64,000 bases of DNA from the human T2T-CHM13v2.0 reference genome, Homo sapiens, in assembly GCF_009914755.1 (NCBI RefSeq), contig NC_060928.1; one strand, given 5' to 3'. This document shows, piece after piece, positions 27,932-40,824 of the stretch (position 1 is the stretch's first letter; every line of letters starts with the position of its first letter). The position numbers and the translations under genes are program-made. The notes beneath the pieces were generated by a model, which had not been told where the DNA came from, did not search any database, and worked only from the letters and a program-made list of their open reading frames with translations.

Positions 27932-28030
27932 CTTGATAAAATGCACATTCTGATTCAGTGAGTATGTGGTGGAAGACAGTGTTTGTAGTTCTAATAAGCT
28001 TCCTAAAGGTCCACACATTGAATAGCTAGG
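27932..28030. mobile_element. MER5-like hAT fragment (THE1 insertion target)
   Basis: cttgataaaatgcacattctgattcagtgagt...ttctaataagcttcc resembles MER5A. Confidence 0.55.
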
Positions 28031-28650
28031 TCCATGATGGGGGAGGACTTCTCCTCATCTGCATGCCCCAGTGGGTTATAGGTTTGCTGTGTTTTCCATA
28101 GCTCAGTCTTCAGTGTGTGAGCTGGGGACTGGCACAGCCGGATCCCAAAGGTCAGGGATCTCTGTGAGTCACCAGGTTTATTTACCCCAACTGGATGAAA
28201 CGTCCAAGTGTGCTTCTCAACAATAAAAAATATTGGAAAGCCCTGCCCCAGAATTCTAGCCATCAAATCTCACCTATTTCCAGTTCTGTATATTTATTAA
28301 ATGGATATCTCATAGGCATCACGTTCACTATACATATCTAGAACTTAACTCACGATACTTGTCCATAGGACTGTTCCTTTTCTTGTATATTCTATTTTTG
28401 TCCTGGCACTATAATTCTCCAAGTTACTAAAAGAATAAATATGATTATCTTACATTATTCTCTCTTTTTCTCACATCCAATCAATGGACAAGTGGTTTTT
28501 TTTTTTTCTTGGTCATTTCTAATTGTGTTTCCTTCTCTCTGTTTTTGAAATGTGCTATAGCATTGATCACATACTATGCTCTCTGAAGCCAGTTTTGCCC
28601 CTCTTCACTGATCAACACATTTTCTTCACAGTTATCCATATTATTTCTCT

Positions 28651-28825
28651 CTTTTTTTAATTTGTGTTCCCAAATTCTTGGCATGCTTTATATTTTAATT
28701 TTTAATTTTAATTCTTGTGGGTACATAGCAGGTATATATATTTATGGTGTGCATGAGATTTTTTGATACAGGCATGTGATATGTAATAATATCATGTAAA
28801 ATGGGGTATCCACCCCTCAACTATT
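28651..28825 (-). mobile_element. Short 5'-truncated L1MA/PB 3' end with ~16-bp TSD
   Basis: ttgtgggtacatagcaggtatatatatttatggtgtgcatgagatttttttgatacaggcatg...aatggggtatccacccctcaa; TSD tccatatta(t/c)ttct at 28635 and 28826. Confidence 0.8.
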
Positions 28826-29480
28826 TCCATATTACTTCTTTAGTGATATTTCTGAGACGATCTGACCATGCTCCTTTCCTACCTGTCACAGTTCTTTTTG
28901 CTTCAGTGAAGGTCTGAGCTCCACAAGGCAGAATGCATCTGGAGCCTCTGGACATCCTTTAGAGATGCTTCCAAGAAGTTCAGCATGCCACTTCTATTTA
29001 CAACTTCTTGGCCAGAACTTGGCCACAGAGGCACACAAGCCTGCCAGGAAAACTGCAAAATCTTTAACATCTTGGAAGTGTCTTTAAAGAGAAGCCTCTT
29101 CGTTCTGATGGCTAAAAAGAAGCCAGAATGAATGAAAGCAGAGCATCTATCTTCGATCTCAAAGAAGCAATCCCGCGTTAAGGGTGGCAAAACAAGAGAG
29201 AAGGATTGGCAACCTCCATTCCAGCCTTGAGCTGTTCACTTGCATAGTTTTTCTTTTCCTTTCTTTCTTTTACTCTTGAAAGGGAGAAAAATCTTTCTTA
29301 AACCAATGCTATTGTGCACTTTTTGTCACTCACAAATGAAACTAATCTGTACTAAAACAACAATAAGAGGCTGGTCTGTTCATCCCTTATTTACTTTCTT
29401 GCCGTTCAACAGTCCTCACTTCTACTATACAATGAATTTTAGAAACAAAGATAGATAATCTGGCATTAAGGTTACTAATA

Positions 29481-29774
29481 TATATACTTTTTTGAGATGG
29501 AGTCTTGCTCTGTTGCCCAGGCTGGAGTGCAGTGTCACTATCTCGGCTCACTGCAACATCCACCTCCTGGTTCAAGCAATTCTCCTGCCTCAGCCTCCCT
29601 AGTAGCTGGGATTAAAGGTGTGCACCACAACACCCAGCTAATTTTTGTATTTTTAGTAGAGATGGGGTTTCGTCATGTTGGCCAGTCTGGTCTTGAACGC
29701 CTGACCTCTAATGATCCACCCACCTCAGCCTCCCAAAGTGCTGGGATTACAGGTGTGAGCCAGTGCGCCTGACC
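29481..29774 (-). mobile_element. AluS (Sx/Sz)
   Basis: Full-length antisense Alu; TSD aaggttac(t/c)aata. Confidence 0.93.
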
Positions 29775-32229
29775 AAGGTTACCAATATTTAATTAAATAT
29801 GAAATTATAGCTATAATGCTAAGTATATATTTTCTGCTAAAGAGAGATTATCAGATTTTGACCATGTTAGTTTTTAAAAATTGTAGTTGGCTAGAACAGC
29901 TCTACACTTTACATTTTAAAAGTAGCATATTAAATATAATCACTCAGTCTATAGAAAAGTCACTCAGTTCTTCAAAGAAAGAATCAAGATCTAATCCTGA
30001 GTCTTATTTCTCCAAATTTATTCTTATTTTCACATGGCATACAAGTGAATGAGGAGAGGCAATAGAATTCAAGGACAGTTAATTTAGAAAATATTTAAAA
30101 TAAATGAGCTATTTCTTATAGAGGCATATATCTTGCCTTTTTACTACTATGTTTTTGAAATTTAATTCTGATTTTTCTCTAGGAATTTGAATTTTTTTCA
30201 TATCAAGCTTTTCCAGTGTAATATTTGATGTGAGATTATATTTATGATAACTATACATATACCCACAGGGAATGATATGTACTTTGCCCTTTTGAAATAG
30301 AGCAAAATTTTAGATTCACAGTTATCACTTAGGGGGAAATATTTAGGCTACACATAAAACCTAATTCTCCACTATAGTCTCAGGAGGCACCAGCAAAGGT
30401 CTGCAGCAGAGTCAATGACTTTGATGATTCTCACTCTATTTAAGATTTGCAGGAAGAGATACCCTAAATTTCAGAGATTTAAGGGGAAAAATATTTTAGA
30501 ATCTTTTCAACTGTTTTAAGGTCTTTACAAAGAAACAACATAAAGCAGAAGGAAGATTTCTAATAGTTCTATCTTTATAATCCTCTGCTGCTTCTATTCT
30601 TACCAATAAATAAACCAGGAGGCAAGTTAAGGACTCAGAGGTCCATTTATTTGTGCTAGACAGTAGGATATAGAAAAAAAGAAAAGTCTCTTGGTATCTT
30701 AATAGACTAAATGTAAGTCACTTCTTATAAAGGAATGATTTAATAATGTGGAAAATATTTAATGCATATTAGATTGTTTTGTTATTAATAAGAAAGTAAT
30801 TTACAAAGGCAGATTGTCTCTAAGTTCTTTGGGTTAGGATTTCATTACACACTTCCATCTTTATCACTTATCAGAAATGTAATCACTTGTTTATAAAATC
30901 AAGAAAACTTGTACGTCTCTTTTTTATTGGATGTTTGTCTTGTTTAACCTACTAATAATTAAGTTTCCCTTTAAACTTCTGATAAGTAGAACAAACTGAT
31001 TTTAAATGATGGAAATTAACAAAAACATGCCTATGTTGACACCAACTGGACAAGTGAATATAGAGTAGCTTATTAGAATATGTTCTTCCCTAACAGTCAA
31101 GTGCTGACAATGAAAAATTTTGTAACAGAGAAAATTATTATTTGAATAAACATTTGCTGATATTTTATAACTCTCTTGAAGAGTCATACAGATTTTCCCC
31201 AGCAGCTAGTCCTAACACAACAATACAGCGTGGATTTATTTGAAAAGAAAACTTGAGGGCCCATGTGGAAATATCTCCATGAAGTCTGCCATATTCTCTA
31301 TTCCACATGGAAACTGTGGCCTGTGCCAACAGTGCTTTTCCTGACCATTCAAATTCCATCCTCTTTTCTGCCCAAATTCTATCACCTGCTCAAGATTCAC
31401 TTAATATTTCCTCCTTCTTTATAAAGAATTTATACTCCTTTCCATTCCAGAAAAAAATGTTTTTGCTCAATATTTATCATTATTACTATTTCGGGTAGTT
31501 ATTCATAATTACATTTTCAGTTATTTTCAGCAAAGAATCATCACTCATCTACCTTTTATAGAGACTCACAGGATTAATACATAAATGTATGTAAACAAAG
31601 AGACAAATGTTCTGTGGTACCAATGGTTCTACATCTATCTAGAGAATTGGAAACTTATTAGAGATTCTGATCCCAGAACTCTGATAGGTGCAATAGCAGA
31701 AATTCAAGTATGATACCTTGAGAATATGCATCATTTATTTGATTAATATTTAGCATTGTCATTTAGTTATGCTTTCTCTTTTCAGTGCAAATATCTTTTT
31801 TAAACTAGATGATTACATCATACATTGATTTAAAGATACACCTCATATATGAAATAGCAATTTTCTACAACTATTATGGTATGAAGCGTTATTTTAGTGA
31901 AAAATATTTAAAAGAGAAACCATCACACATGAAAGCTGATTACTGCTGAAAAGAGTAGAGTTGGGAATTGTTTCCAAATAAGAACAAGTAAGGCATAAGT
32001 GAGTAAGAAAATGAACATTTTTAGATATTTTTTTCTAGACATTTTTCCCTGAAAAGGAGAGATAAGGGGCAAGTGGAAAATATATTACCACAGACACATA
32101 AAATTAGGAATAAAGAAAAATAAGCTGCACCAAATTCCTCGTCAAATGTTCCCCTGAATGTTAGAAGCGCAGAATGATAACATAGTAGTTTTGGTTATGC
32201 CTGGAGTTATTTATCTGAAATTGTTAATG

Positions 32230-32520
32230 TGCTTTAGAAAAGAAGAAATAGTGCTTCATGACAGAAATTAGTGAGCTCTTTCAGCATGCTAGACACTCTT
32301 TTAAGCCCAGCAGAGAGAACTGGGAATGTATTTTGGTCCCTGCCCTCAAAAACTTCACAGTTTGAGCTAGACAGAGAACTCAGACAGTGGCAACAGCGCT
32401 GGGATATGTGGCACTGGCACACAGAGGAAGCATCCTCACCTAGACTTTAGGGAGACCAGAGGCTTCTTAGAGAATGTGAAATGAGTTAAACAGGAATTAG
32501 CCAGGCAAAGAGATGGGATT
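32230..32520 (-). mobile_element. L2 fragment
   Basis: ggtccctgccctcaaaaacttcacagttt...cacagaggaagcatcctcacctagactttagggagaccagaggcttcttagag. Confidence 0.65.
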
Positions 32521-34369
32521 CACATTTTTTTCCCAGTCATTTGATGCAGGACATTTGGGTAGTCATTTCACTGAGTCTCAAATAACTTATCTTCTTCAGG
32601 CTTCCACCTAAAGTATTAGATGACCAATCCGACACACTCCCTCCACCACCCACAGAAAAGGCAAACATTATTTGCTAGTGATTTCCTCACACCCTACTGC
32701 TATAATAATTACATCTATTTTATTTTCATTAGTAGTATTTTACTTGTTGCCACAGTTAGCTGCCAATCATTTTTTTTTTAAATTTCATAGTAACATTACT
32801 GTCAGATTTTTGTACATATTTCCTAACTTCTGAAAAGGAGAACATCCAGAGCTAATATCAGGACCAACTGTTGAAATCTTGCTTTATAACTAAAATTTAA
32901 CTTTAAGAAGGAATGTAAACTTTTTACATGTATTTGACATTAAAAACAAAGTCAACAGAGTCTAAACCTAGTCAACAGTGTATAGAAAAACAAATGACAT
33001 AGAAATGAAAATATTTCCAATACTATTTTTAAAGTTATTTGAATAAAATTATGATATGACATTAGTAAGAGCAGCAGTGTCATGGAGAAAGTCCAGTGGC
33101 TTCTTGGAACTATATGCATTTATGGAAAAATATACTGCTAAAGTTCTCTAATGCTTTTAAGGCTAACTTATTTTACAGAGTGTTTTAATTGTTTATTGTA
33201 AAAAGCTGCAAAGCCCTAGTAAAATTCAAAATAAATAAATACTTTTTTATGGTTTTATTTCTATGTCATGACCCAAAATTGTAAATTATATGACCCTAGT
33301 CAAAGTAGCATCATAAAAGCATAGCAACCATTATAACAAGGAGAGGTATCATCCCAAGGTGGGTGGGCAGAAGTTTTTTCTCAGGGGGATAAAAAGCCTT
33401 TTTATTTTTATTTTTAAAATAAATATATAGAGAGAGTACATAAGAAAATACATGATGTATCTGTGGTATTACAATTTCTTGGAAGTCAGTTACAAAAAAT
33501 GTCTACAAAAGGTGCTTTAAGAGGCAATAATGAAAAAAGTTGAGAAATATACATTACATTACACAATACAAATGCATTACACAATACAAATTCGGTTTTT
33601 CATGGGGCAAAGAACCAAACCCTTCTCTTTTCCACTAGATGCTGCCAATTTGTATCTGTTTTACAGCCTCTTCTTGAAGTAGGTAATATCTTCTAAGGAG
33701 ATTGTTTGATCCTATAAACTTTATGATCTCTTGAACACAATACTTCCTTTTTCTCCACTTGATAACACAACTAAATAGAATTTAAATCTAAAATCTTAGA
33801 AAGATGTGACAGACAGGCAGATGTCATCTCAGTGCTTATATATTATTTGTTGAGCATGCATGACATTGAAATAAACATTATGGAGGTAAAACAAAGACCA
33901 GAAATGATTCTATCCCCATGGGAGTTAAAATTTAGATACACAGAGACAACTTGCATGAAAATCTAAAACACAAATTGGAAATGGATATCACAGGTTCTCC
34001 TCTCCACAGTGATACAGTGTTAAAAGTTGGGGTTTTGCTTCCCCAGTACTTAACACACTGCTTTGGATGTAGCCATTGCTCCATACATTATTATAGAAGT
34101 TATAGAGATATTCAGGTAGAATGCCATGGGCTCTCTGAAACTAGAGAATCCAAACTTCATGCATGGAGCACCTCCATGGACATTATCATTTAAAATCATG
34201 GCTCAAATATAGGCCCAATTTTTATGAACAGGAAGGTCATCATAAGTGGAGAAAATCCCCAAAGAACACAGAAACAAACATTTATGGAAGCACATATAGG
34301 AAAAAATAGTTCATTTTGTCTAGGAGAAAACAGAGGACATTTTATTTTTTACTAATTAAAAACAATAAA

Positions 34370-34520
34370 TATTTTCCTTCTGAGTAAACAAGTCCTTATC
34401 ACTAGGAATTTTAAAGATTAAGGGATGACCACCTGTTGAAGATGTTCAGAGATTCTAAAATTTAGGTAGGATACTGGATGGACCAGTTACCTCCATTGTA
34501 AGCCCAATCATTCTATGTTG
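34370..34520 (+). mobile_element. MIR3/L3-like fragment
   Basis: agtccttatcactaggaatttt...gatgaccacctgttgaagatg...attctatg. Confidence 0.5.
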
Positions 34521-35105
34521 GCAATGGTTGTATAATATTATCAGAAATATATCAGGGTTTGGCCATAATTCCTGATTGGTTATGGCAAATGTTTGTATGT
34601 ACTCATGGAGAATTCTTCATCGCTTACATCGGAAATGCTTCCATTCAGTAAGCTTTTTCCAGAGACCTTTAAATTGTATGCTATTCCTAATTGTACCATT
34701 GAGGTGATTGCTTCTGTGCATCACGTTGCCTACGAGGTACTAGTAATACTTCCTCCTAAAAGCATCTCTAGTAAGGAGATTCTGAAAAAATTTCAGAAAT
34801 ACATTATGATGGAGCTGCATTGTTTTACCACTGTTTCCTCTTCTGATAACATCTCAGGATTTAAAACTCCATTTATTGAAAATGTGTGTTGTTGCCATGC
34901 AGTTGTTAGAATAGCTTCATTTACTGTTACTGAACAGCTCATTCCATATATACACTGTTTGTTGCTAAACAGTTGGTTCTGTCTTTGAATTTCTGCCTGC
35001 ACTCCAGAACCAGTTCTCCGGAGTTACTTGTCTCTTTTGGCCATTTCCCCAAGCAAAATAAAGCCACAGGCTGTACCATCCACCTAATAAAAAAACAAAA
35101 AACTA

Positions 35106-35414
<309 letters not shown>

Positions 35415-37789
35415 TTATTTTCTATAAGTACTATTAATGCAAGTATATAAATAATCCTGTGGAAAAGGGTAGGAGACAAGTTTGGTGGGCAAATTAAGGA
35501 GGCTTTGCTAGATATGTTTCATGATATAAGGAAAAGTAGATGATCTACCTTCTCCAAAATAATTCCCTGAAAATGTCCTGAGAAAACTTGAGTAAAGTAT
35601 GTCATCTGTAAATATGGACTAGTTTATTAGATTAGCTGAAATTAGAGAAATGCTAATGTTAAGGTCCTCTTGATAAGTGATAGAAAGATATTAATATATG
35701 CTATTAATAATAACTGGTCCTTGAGATAAATAGCATAAAACTGTGATAAATCTGCAACTTCATCACTTGGTTCTAATAAGCCTCATCTCTACAGCTGAGC
35801 TCAGAGATCTCTGAGTACTTTTCCATGTTCTGTTCCAAGTGTTCTATCCTCATCGTTGACAAATGTATTTTCTATTCTTTCTTTGCACCACAGTATACTC
35901 ACCTTTATAACCTTTTGTAAATCTGTTGTCTGGCAATTAAATCTATGCAAATACCTGAATTCCTAGCTGAGGCCAGGAAACCTAGCTCTTCTGCAAGCAT
36001 CTTAACCTCAAAATACCCCGAACCAAATTCAATGTCCTCTTTTCCTCCAACTATCCAAATCCTCTACTATATTTCAGTATTTCTTTTAAGAAACTATATT
36101 TTGAAGAAAAATTCTCACATGGTTTCCAACTTCTAAAACAATCAGATTAAACTTTTATTCTAGTAGTGTGTCATTGTTTCTTTACATAGCTCTTAAATAA
36201 TTGCTATCACCAATCCTATGACTAATAGTAATTTTGAGGTAAACACTACCTCTGAAGAAGAACCGATAGGGATATTTTGAGTCAAGTTATAAAACTATTC
36301 CTGTAATGATGACTACTCAGTTATAATTAAATTACTTCTTTCTAAATTTTAGCCATATTCCATCGTGAAGCAATGCTGTGACTCCTCCATATTCTTGTAG
36401 TTTTATTAATGTAACTAGCTCAATAGTTGTTGTTAGTAGAATATAATTTTAAATCATGAACTGTAAATTCTTCAACTGAATTTGACAGTCACCTTTTCCC
36501 AATCACATACTATATATCTGTATCATTCGTTTTGCATAGAATATTCTCTTTATATATCATTTTGCCCCTTGAACAAATATCTTACAAGGCCCACCACAAG
36601 TACCAAGGTTTCTTGATAGTTGCGCTTCCTTATATTCCCTAAAATATTGCTATCTGTACTTTTTTCTTTTGATGTTTGACCCTTTTCCGTTTATTCTAGA
36701 CTCTAAGTTGCTAAATGGAAAAGGTGACATTTGTTCAATCATCCAAAGCTAAATTGTGCTTAGCACAATTTGTGCACAGAATTTCGTGAATAAATCTTGT
36801 TAAATTGCTTAATCTTACATAGTAAACACATAATTGCTGATTGACTTGCCTCAGTACACAGTTGTGTGTTTAAGGGAAGAAAAACTATATAGAAGAGGAA
36901 ATATTTTTCAAGATGTTCTTTCAATTGGCAGGGCAAATTGCTTGAGGCATTGACTGGACTATGATTCTTCTATACCTGGGACAATTTATTGCTATTTTCA
37001 GGGAAAAAGGGAAGGATAATGTTATATATAGCAAAGATTTTTTTAAAACTATACAGAATCTTGCTACACCTCCATGTAGTAAATCATAATAATAGTAAAA
37101 TTGTATTCCTAGAAATATAGTTTTCTTCAATATCTTACATAGAAAAATAGAGACAACATTAAAAAGGATTCCTCTCATCCTCCAAAACATACCAAAAGCA
37201 AAACCAGTAAGCTCTATGCTAAGATATTTTACTAAGGCTTTGAAGTAAACCAAGAAAATATTACATTTTTTATTATTATGACATCTGAAATTCACACATT
37301 CAAGTTTTGACACGATGTGCCCTAATTTATTCAAGTAGCAATACTGTGTTGATATCAACTTGTAAAGATGAAAAATTAAATGATATGGCAAGAAAGTAAT
37401 CAACTTAAATGAAATATTTTCTGTTGCTTCCCTGCTTTTGGAAGTTGTTCTGCAAGCTCTTCATAATCATCACTTATCTGCATTTCAAAGAAAGCTGAAC
37501 ACTGATGTTTTGTTCTTTATTTTATTAATATGATAACTAAAATCCAAAAGCCATAGAAAAATTATTACATAAAATAGCAATATCCAAAACAAGTATGAAA
37601 GTTTTAAAAACTTTTTTGTAAATATTTTGTAAATTTTTTTCTGCTGCTTTTGCCTTAATAATGCTTATTTACTAAAGTATAGGTGATACTTTAGTGCTTT
37701 TATGTTTTTGAAAGCACTAAAGTTTCATCTGTAGGTTTGTAAAAATATACTAGAAATACTAAAAATTTGTATAGTACGATAACATTACA

Positions 37790-38468
37790 CTGATCAAATT
37801 GTGTACTAGTAAGCAACAGAAACTCTTATACATTACTGATATAAGTGTAAAAACATAAAACTACGTAGGAATACTGGCAGTATCTACTAAAGTTAAACAC
37901 ACCCATGCCTGTGCTATGCTTAGCAATTCCCCTTCTAGAGAAAGTCTTGGACCTCAACATCATGATCCCAAAATGAATACATGTATTCACCACAAAAGAT
38001 GTTCAATGATATTCATAACAGTAGTAACAAACCCTAAGAAATACCCAAATACCCATCAACAGGACAATAGATAAGTTAATTTTGATGTATTCATATAATG
38101 GCATATGATACAACAATGAGAATGAATAAGCTATTGCTACATGCAACAAGATGGATAAATCATATAAACATAATGCTTATAAAAATAAAGCAGACTCAGA
38201 GTAATTATATAAAGTTCTAAAATGGAAAAGATATACTTATTATAGAAGTCAGGAGAGTGATTACCTTTGGCCAAGGTAGTGCCTTGGAAAGGATTATGGT
38301 GGAGGAAGAGGGTGGGGTGAGTGCTTCTGTGACAGTCACACTTCTACTTGCTGAACTGTAGTCTCTTCACTTGGGTGTGTTCCCTTTGTAAAACTTTATC
38401 TAGAGGGAAATGTATTATTTGTGCACTTTTCTTTGTGTATGTTGTATCTCAATAAAAATTTTAAAAAA
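37790..38468 (+). mobile_element. L1ME-type 3' end
   Basis: ggcagtatctactaaagttaaacac; cccaaatacccatcaacagg; ctacatgcaacaagatggataaatc; tagaagtcaggagagtgattacctttgg; tctcaataaaa. Confidence 0.75.
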
Positions 38469-40608
38469 ATCTTCAAAGCCTATGACATAAAAAGTCTGTA
38501 CTAGTGAATTATTTACTTATAAATATCTGTGGTTTCTGGTTGTTGTTGTTGCCTCCAAATTGCCCTGGTAAGCTGTTTTGAAATTTAAAAATATGTTAAG
38601 AATTAATGCCAATACTTTCTTTTGTTTTCATCTTTTTTCTTGTTTCCTTTGTGCTCAATACATCAGGGCTAGAATTAGAGAATAAAGAATCATTTCCAGG
38701 AAGACATTTATTTTACAAAATATTTCCAGTAGAGGGAGCTTCCTTTTTTTTTTTTTTCTATAGGAAATCCTCTTTTGGGGGTCATCACTAAAAGTGAAAA
38801 TGCTTAATTTTTTACATATAATTAAAGTTCTTCATAGAGTGATAACCTACTCTCATCTAAGACTAGTCATGGATAGAGAAAAATTTATTTGATTTATGAA
38901 TGGATAAAGAAAAACTTGATGAAGAATATAAGTTATGAAGTAAACTTTTGTATGTTGTATGTCTTTTCAAAGAAGTACATTTTTGGGCTGCTCATAAAAT
39001 TTATTTCTAATTAAAATTATTTAACATTAAAAAAGATAAATTCTTATAATCACAATTATCCATTTGAAATACTTTTTCATAACTTTTAACAAAATTGGAC
39101 AAAAGTCAGAGAATCTAGTGATGAAGATTATTTATCTCAGAACATGTTTTAACAAATATCATAGTGATTGCCATTATACAAATTTAACCTCATTGACCAA
39201 AACATTTTAGTTTCTGACTTTAGCTTCCTAAATCTAAGTATCTATCAACTAAGCTAATCTGATTTCTTTGAAAAAAATGTATTTTACCATCTAAGCCATT
39301 AAGAAATATAGAGAAATAATCAATTTATATTTTAACATTAAGTTTGTACTCCTTTACATAATAATTTCAGAAATATAAAAGCTCCATATACTTGGCTTTA
39401 ATTATTACAAATCAAATTTCTGACAATAATAAAGTCACAAAAATTACTAGATCATATCAAGATGATTTTTATTGAAAATACTTTGGTTAAAAATAGTTCA
39501 ACTTCTTATTTTGGGAAAAAATCAATAATTTCAGAAATAATAACCATCACAGTTTCTATTATATATAGGCAAATGAAAATAATATAACTTTCTATAAGGT
39601 AGTTTGAGATACACTATTGGTTTTTATAAGGTAGCCCAAAGATGAAAAATCGACATAGCAATAAAGAATATTTAAATACTTCAAGTAGAAATCAGTATGC
39701 ATATAACTTAGTTACTCTAGTTATTGGACTTCAATCCTCCTTTGAAAACCTTGCAAGCCATAAAAATGGAAATCCTATGGTAATTAATTGTAACAGTAAA
39801 ATTAAATTTATATTGGTGGGTCAAAATTCTATATGAGCAGTACCTTATTTTTACACATTCATTAAGAACGGGGTAAAATTATCTGATCCTTTGTCTAGCT
39901 CTCTTATACTCTTTAAATTATTTTTTTAAGCCTACCAAATATGACAGGATCATGATAAGAAAATGACATGTCATAGAACAATTTCATAGTTTAATGGCTT
40001 TGTTATAATATTACTTTACTCAAGAAGATTATTCCTGACATAGAACATATCTAATAATCTATTTATGATTTTGCCTTCATGTATTACCTGAGCTAGGTCA
40101 TTAGAAAATAGTACTTGCAAGGCCCTTATTTTGATTCATTTAACTTAACCTCTGAATATAGCAACAACATTTGGAGTTTCTCTCATCAGTAAATGACTAT
40201 GGTCTGTATTTCTGCATTAAAAAAAGTAATGTCTCGTTTCTAAATACTAAATGTTTTGTAACTTTCAAAAAAAGAGTAACACCCAAATTATATAATTCAC
40301 TTAGAAAACGGGAACTTTAAAAGCAATTTGAGAAGGAAAACGTAGGCTTTTAAAATAATTTTTTTTTCTCAGCTGCAAATAACGCAAGATGCCAGTTACT
40401 AAAATGCACTAATCAATGAAAAAGCAAATGAGTAGGTCTCAGTAGATAGACTGCTAAATAATTTAGACAGAAAACAATACGATTAAATTGATTGTTTCAA
40501 CAAGTCAATATAGAATTGCAAATTTCCCGGTCTCATCAATAACAAGTGGTTGCAACGTAATGCACAGGCTTAATGAGTTCTCCGACTGTTAAATCCAAGC
40601 GAACTCAC

Positions 40609-40679
40609 CTGAGTAACAGTGCTGCTTCCCAGAAGTAAAATCCCGAAACTAATGTCCGAAAGTGTCTCACGTGGGCCAT
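40609..40679 (-). CDS. GLRA3: Glycine receptor alpha-3 subunit, coding part of exon 1 (71 nt, signal peptide)
   Basis: ATG at 40679 in strong Kozak context (ATCATGG). Translates MAHVRHFRTLVSGFYFWEAALLL plus AG, then donor AG|gtgagt at 40608. The AG joins the first T of exon 2 to give Ser. Confidence 0.98.
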
Positions 40680-40694
40680 GATACGGAGAGATAT

Positions 40695-40727
40695 TCACGA
40701 TCCTGAAAATAGTCTTATCCAAGGCAT
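40695..40727 (-). other. uORF MPWIRLFSGS*, in frame with the main GLRA3 ATG
   Basis: ATG CCT TGG ATA AGA CTA TTT TCA GGA TCG TGA ATA TCT CTC CGT ATC ATG(main). The upstream ATG is 48 nt before the main ATG. Confidence 0.75.
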
Positions 40728-40761
40728 GGGGAACCAGAAAGACAGAATGAAAATGTACAAT

Positions 40762-40773
40762 CTAACCCCGCAT
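40762..40773 (-). other. uORF MRG*
   Basis: caacacc ATG CGG GGT TAG, with A at -3. Confidence 0.6.
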
Positions 40774-40803
40774 GGTGTTGGTGTAGACTGATGCTTGGGA
40801 AGC

Positions 40804-40824
40804 TTCAGCACCTTAGACAGCTCC
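40804..40824 (+). promoter_or_regulatory. RE1/NRSE (REST binding site) in the GLRA3 5' leader
   Basis: TTCAGCACCTTAGACAGCTCC versus consensus TTCAGCACCnnGGACAGcgCC: perfect left half, canonical spacing, one core mismatch in the right half. Confidence 0.8.

Noticed and set aside
31165-31359. Minus-strand 64-aa ORF that looked exon-like
   Set aside because: No match to GlyR sequence, weak splice signals, and exons 1 and 2 already join seamlessly.
34593-34988. 131-aa + strand ORF (MYVLMENSSS...)
   Set aside because: Begins at TTG, resembles no protein family I recognise, is antisense within an intron and has no supporting promoter. Retained only as part of the unique-block finding.
35897-35905. 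Consensus donor AAG|GTGAGT on the minus strand
   Set aside because: No acceptor with an adequate polypyrimidine tract at exon-like distance, and it lies in L2-like sequence.
36921-37403. 160-aa minus-strand ORF, the longest in the track
   Set aside because: TTG start, F/I/L/Y-rich composition typical of AT-rich non-coding DNA, no recognisable domain.
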